Virus record (IMG/VR): IMGVR_UViG_3300008107_000057
Span: 1-58,578 of that record
Source of the DNA: a virus
Taxonomy: Duplodnaviria; Caudoviricetes
DNA: 58,578 nt
Strand: one strand, 5' to 3'
Shown here piece by piece: positions 56,234 to 58,578 of this stretch. The position numbers and the translations under genes were made by a program. Each line of letters begins with the position of its first letter. Within the stretch, counting starts at the first letter, position 1. The notes under the pieces were generated by a model. It saw only the letters and a list, made by a program, of their open reading frames with translations. It was not told the DNA's origin and ran no database searches.

Positions 56234-57125
56234 CAGTAAGAACCAAGAAAAAATTGATATCCTAGTTAATTATTCACAGGGTGTCAAGGTTTCTGGTGAT
56301 CATGCCGTTGATGTGTATGATCATAATGTCGTGCAGGCCGATGTAGGTGTTATACAGGGATGGTGCGTTCCGGGTGTTCCTCCGTCATCTCTTCATACAC
56401 AGTTACGAACTAATGTTATTCAAAGAATTACTAACAAGCACTCAGTAGGTGTTGACAGTAATTTATTCCTTTATGCTACACCAAATAATCCTCAACATTA
56501 TCTACGCTACAGCTTTAACGATGTTTTTCCAACTCACGGCATTTATTGCGATACAGAGATTGACCCTAATCGTTGGAATAAACTTTCAAGCAATCTAGGC
56601 ATACAGCTAAAAGATTACAGAACTACCGGCGACCATATACTGTTATTACTTCAGCGTAATGGCGGTTGGAGTATGGGAGGGTATGATGTTCAGGACTGGG
56701 CAATTTCAACTATAGACGCTATTAGACAGTTTACAGATAGGCCCATTGTTATTAGACCTCACCCAGGGGATAAAGCAGCAAGGACTTATCTTAATCCTAA
56801 CAGTCATCATTGCAAAATTAAATTTTCTAAGCGTGTACGATTAAGTACTAATCCTAATTTAGTAGACGACTTACATAATTGCTGGGCCGCAGTTAACTAT
56901 AATTCTAGTCCAGTAGTCGGTGCAGCAATTGAAGGATACCCAATATTTGTGTCTGATCCATTAAACAGTCAATGTGCCGAAATTGCTAATACTGACTTTT
57001 CACAAATAGAAAACCCACAATTGCTAGATAGGCAACCGTGGGTTGAACGTCTTGCTATGTTTCACTGGAACTTTGACGAACTGAGATCCGGTGAGTGCTG
57101 GCAACACATGAAGAAGTTTATTTAA
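56193..57125 (+). CDS. KpsC/KpsS-like (GT-B) capsule polysaccharide protein
   Basis: ILLLLQ, TDRPIVIRPHP, AVNYNSS..V.AAIEGYPIF, RQPW..RLA..HW..DELRSG. Confidence 0.62.
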   Translation: MALKVAIYHKSIPNSKNQEKIDILVNYSQGVKVSGDHAVDVYDHNVVQADVGVIQGWCVPGVPPSSLHTQLRTNVIQRITNKHSVGVDSNLFLYATPNNPQHYLRYSFNDVFPTHGIYCDTEIDPNRWNKLSSNLGIQLKDYRTTGDHILLLLQRNGGWSMGGYDVQDWAISTIDAIRQFTDRPIVIRPHPGDKAARTYLNPNSHHCKIKFSKRVRLSTNPNLVDDLHNCWAAVNYNSSPVVGAAIEGYPIFVSDPLNSQCAEIANTDFSQIENPQLLDRQPWVERLAMFHWNFDELRSGECWQHMKKFI

Positions 57126-57936
57126 AGTTCTTCATTTCCTTAATCATACTATCGTAATCGAGAATTTCAAAATCAAAATCTTTTCTAGTATCTACTAGAA
57201 TTTTATTAACTGGTTTTGGTCCTTGTGTTCTTACAATAGTCTTACCTAATTGATATATGTCGTTAATTTTCGACAATAAATCATACTTGCTAATTTTATT
57301 TGTATTGTTAACAACATGATATACTCCTATAATTGTAGGAGCACTCATATATTTTTCAATGCACTTTGCAAGTTCTAAAGTAGTAATTCCATTCCACCAT
57401 GCATTGTCCCAACCTTGTAATTCTTGTTGGGGATTTGTTGATAACCAATGAAACAAACCAGTTCCACTTGACTTGATCTCTGGCCCAATAATACTCATTC
57501 TAAAGGTAATATCTTTGGTATTGTTTAACTCACCTAGCGATTTTGATTTACCGTAGGAATTAATTTCTGTATGAGTATCTGATTCGATGTAGTTACCTTT
57601 CTTACCATCAAATACACAATCTGTTGAAAGATGTACTATTCTTGTTTTACTATTTGAAAATGTATGCTCTAAGAAGTGCGGGAACCAGCCATTAATCAAT
57701 GCAGCTCGATCTGGTCGATCATTGCTATCTTTGACTAGCAATCCCACACAATTGATTACAAAATCAAATGCAGTAGCGACTTCACTAAGGCGCTGTACTT
57801 CTGCAAAATTCTCTATATTCATAACAACATCTGCATTGGATCTTGCTAAGGTAGTTACAATATGACCTTGTTGTTTAAGGTATCGTGTAATAACATGCCC
57901 TGCCATTCCATTGGCACCAATTACTAAAACTTTCAT
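57118..57936 (-). CDS. RmlD-like NAD(P)-dependent nucleotide-sugar 4-reductase
   Basis: VLVIGANGMAG, VINCVG, HLSTDCVFDGKKGNY.E.D, YGKSK (YxxxK), R.SIIG. Confidence 0.85.
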   Translation of the reverse strand: MKVLVIGANGMAGHVITRYLKQQGHIVTTLARSNADVVMNIENFAEVQRLSEVATAFDFVINCVGLLVKDSNDRPDRAALINGWFPHFLEHTFSNSKTRIVHLSTDCVFDGKKGNYIESDTHTEINSYGKSKSLGELNNTKDITFRMSIIGPEIKSSGTGLFHWLSTNPQQELQGWDNAWWNGITTLELAKCIEKYMSAPTIIGVYHVVNNTNKISKYDLLSKINDIYQLGKTIVRTQGPKPVNKILVDTRKDFDFEILDYDSMIKEMKNFK

Positions 57937-58578
57937 ATAAACTTACCCTTCTTAAGCATTTCTTTAATTTCTTGCTTGTTCATTATTTTAGTTACAGACG
58001 AAAACTCGTTGTATGGAAATGGAGCGCAATGCTGTTGATAACGAGTAGCTAGTGCTTGATTATATCCGGCTGGTAATGTTAAGAAATAATTGTTGTCGTA
58101 ACAAAATGACAACTGCGATTCGTGATGTGAAATTAACATTTCATCTAACTTTTCACCTGGACGCATGCCTGTTTCTTTGACTTCAACAACACCGTATTCG
58201 TCCATTAACACTTCTGCAAGATCTTTAATATAACATGCAGGCATGTTCATTACAAAGGTTTCTCCACCTATACTGTCAATGCTTGCTTTGAATAGTAATT
58301 CTATGGCTTCTTCTAATGTCAAAAAGAATCGTGTCATTTTTACATCAGTGATTGTAATTGGTCCACCTGCTTTAATTTGCTCAATGAAAAACGGAATAAC
58401 TGATCCGCTAGAACCCATGACATTGCCACCGCGGATACAAACAAATTTAGTATAGTCAGTTAGGTCGTTTGCCTGTACGATGATCTTTTCACCCACTGCC
58501 TTTGTCATACCATATAAGTTAATTGGCTCAACTGCTTTATCTGACGAAACATCAATGACTTTCTTTACACGATTTTCA
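57933..58578 (-). CDS. UDP-GlcNAc 4,6-dehydratase/epimerase (CapD/FnlA/PseB family), 5'-truncated by the window edge
   Basis: The frame stays open to the window end: SSDKAVEPINLYGMTKA, RGGNVMGSSGSVIP.F, TD..MTRFF, G.RPGEKL.E. Confidence 0.88.
   Translation of the reverse strand, partial: ENRVKKVIDVSSDKAVEPINLYGMTKAVGEKIIVQANDLTDYTKFVCIRGGNVMGSSGSVIPFFIEQIKAGGPITITDVKMTRFFLTLEEAIELLFKASIDSIGGETFVMNMPACYIKDLAEVLMDEYGVVEVKETGMRPGEKLDEMLISHHESQLSFCYDNNYFLTLPAGYNQALATRYQQHCAPFPYNEFSSVTKIMNKQEIKEMLKKGKFI

Noticed and set aside
1-58578. Alternative genetic code (stop-codon reassignment), as in some large phages
   Set aside because: Core genes are full length in the standard code and coding density is high; the only break is a frameshift, not an in-frame stop.

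Overview
The window is a segment of a large, AT-rich, T4-like (myovirus) dsDNA phage genome, read in the standard genetic code. In order, it holds: (1) a head module (portal gp20, prohead protease gp21, scaffold gp22, major capsid gp23); (2) about 25 kb of repeat-rich tail-fibre/appendage genes, one of them split by a single -1 frameshift; (3) an inverted neck block (gp14 and gp15, divergent from gp13); (4) dNMP kinase, an HNH nuclease, tail sheath, tail tube, gp4 and terminase; (5) gp32, UvsX and UvsY; (6) the start of a nucleotide-sugar/glycosyltransferase island. I saw no tRNA, rRNA, CRISPR array, intron or intein. The most notable observations are: an unannotated 52-aa, 10-Cys metallothionein-like ORF coupled between gp14 and gp15; a T4-type late promoter core (TAAATA) only 4-7 nt before the ATG of about 12 genes, implying leaderless late mRNAs; two compact structured 5' leaders, one with a possible pseudoknot; phycobiliprotein-like KCxRD..Y..GG motifs inside the giant virion proteins; and a repeated pairing of C-terminal xxLG peptides with cognate downstream genes in the fibre cluster. 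All product calls come from recognising motifs by eye; no database searches were run.
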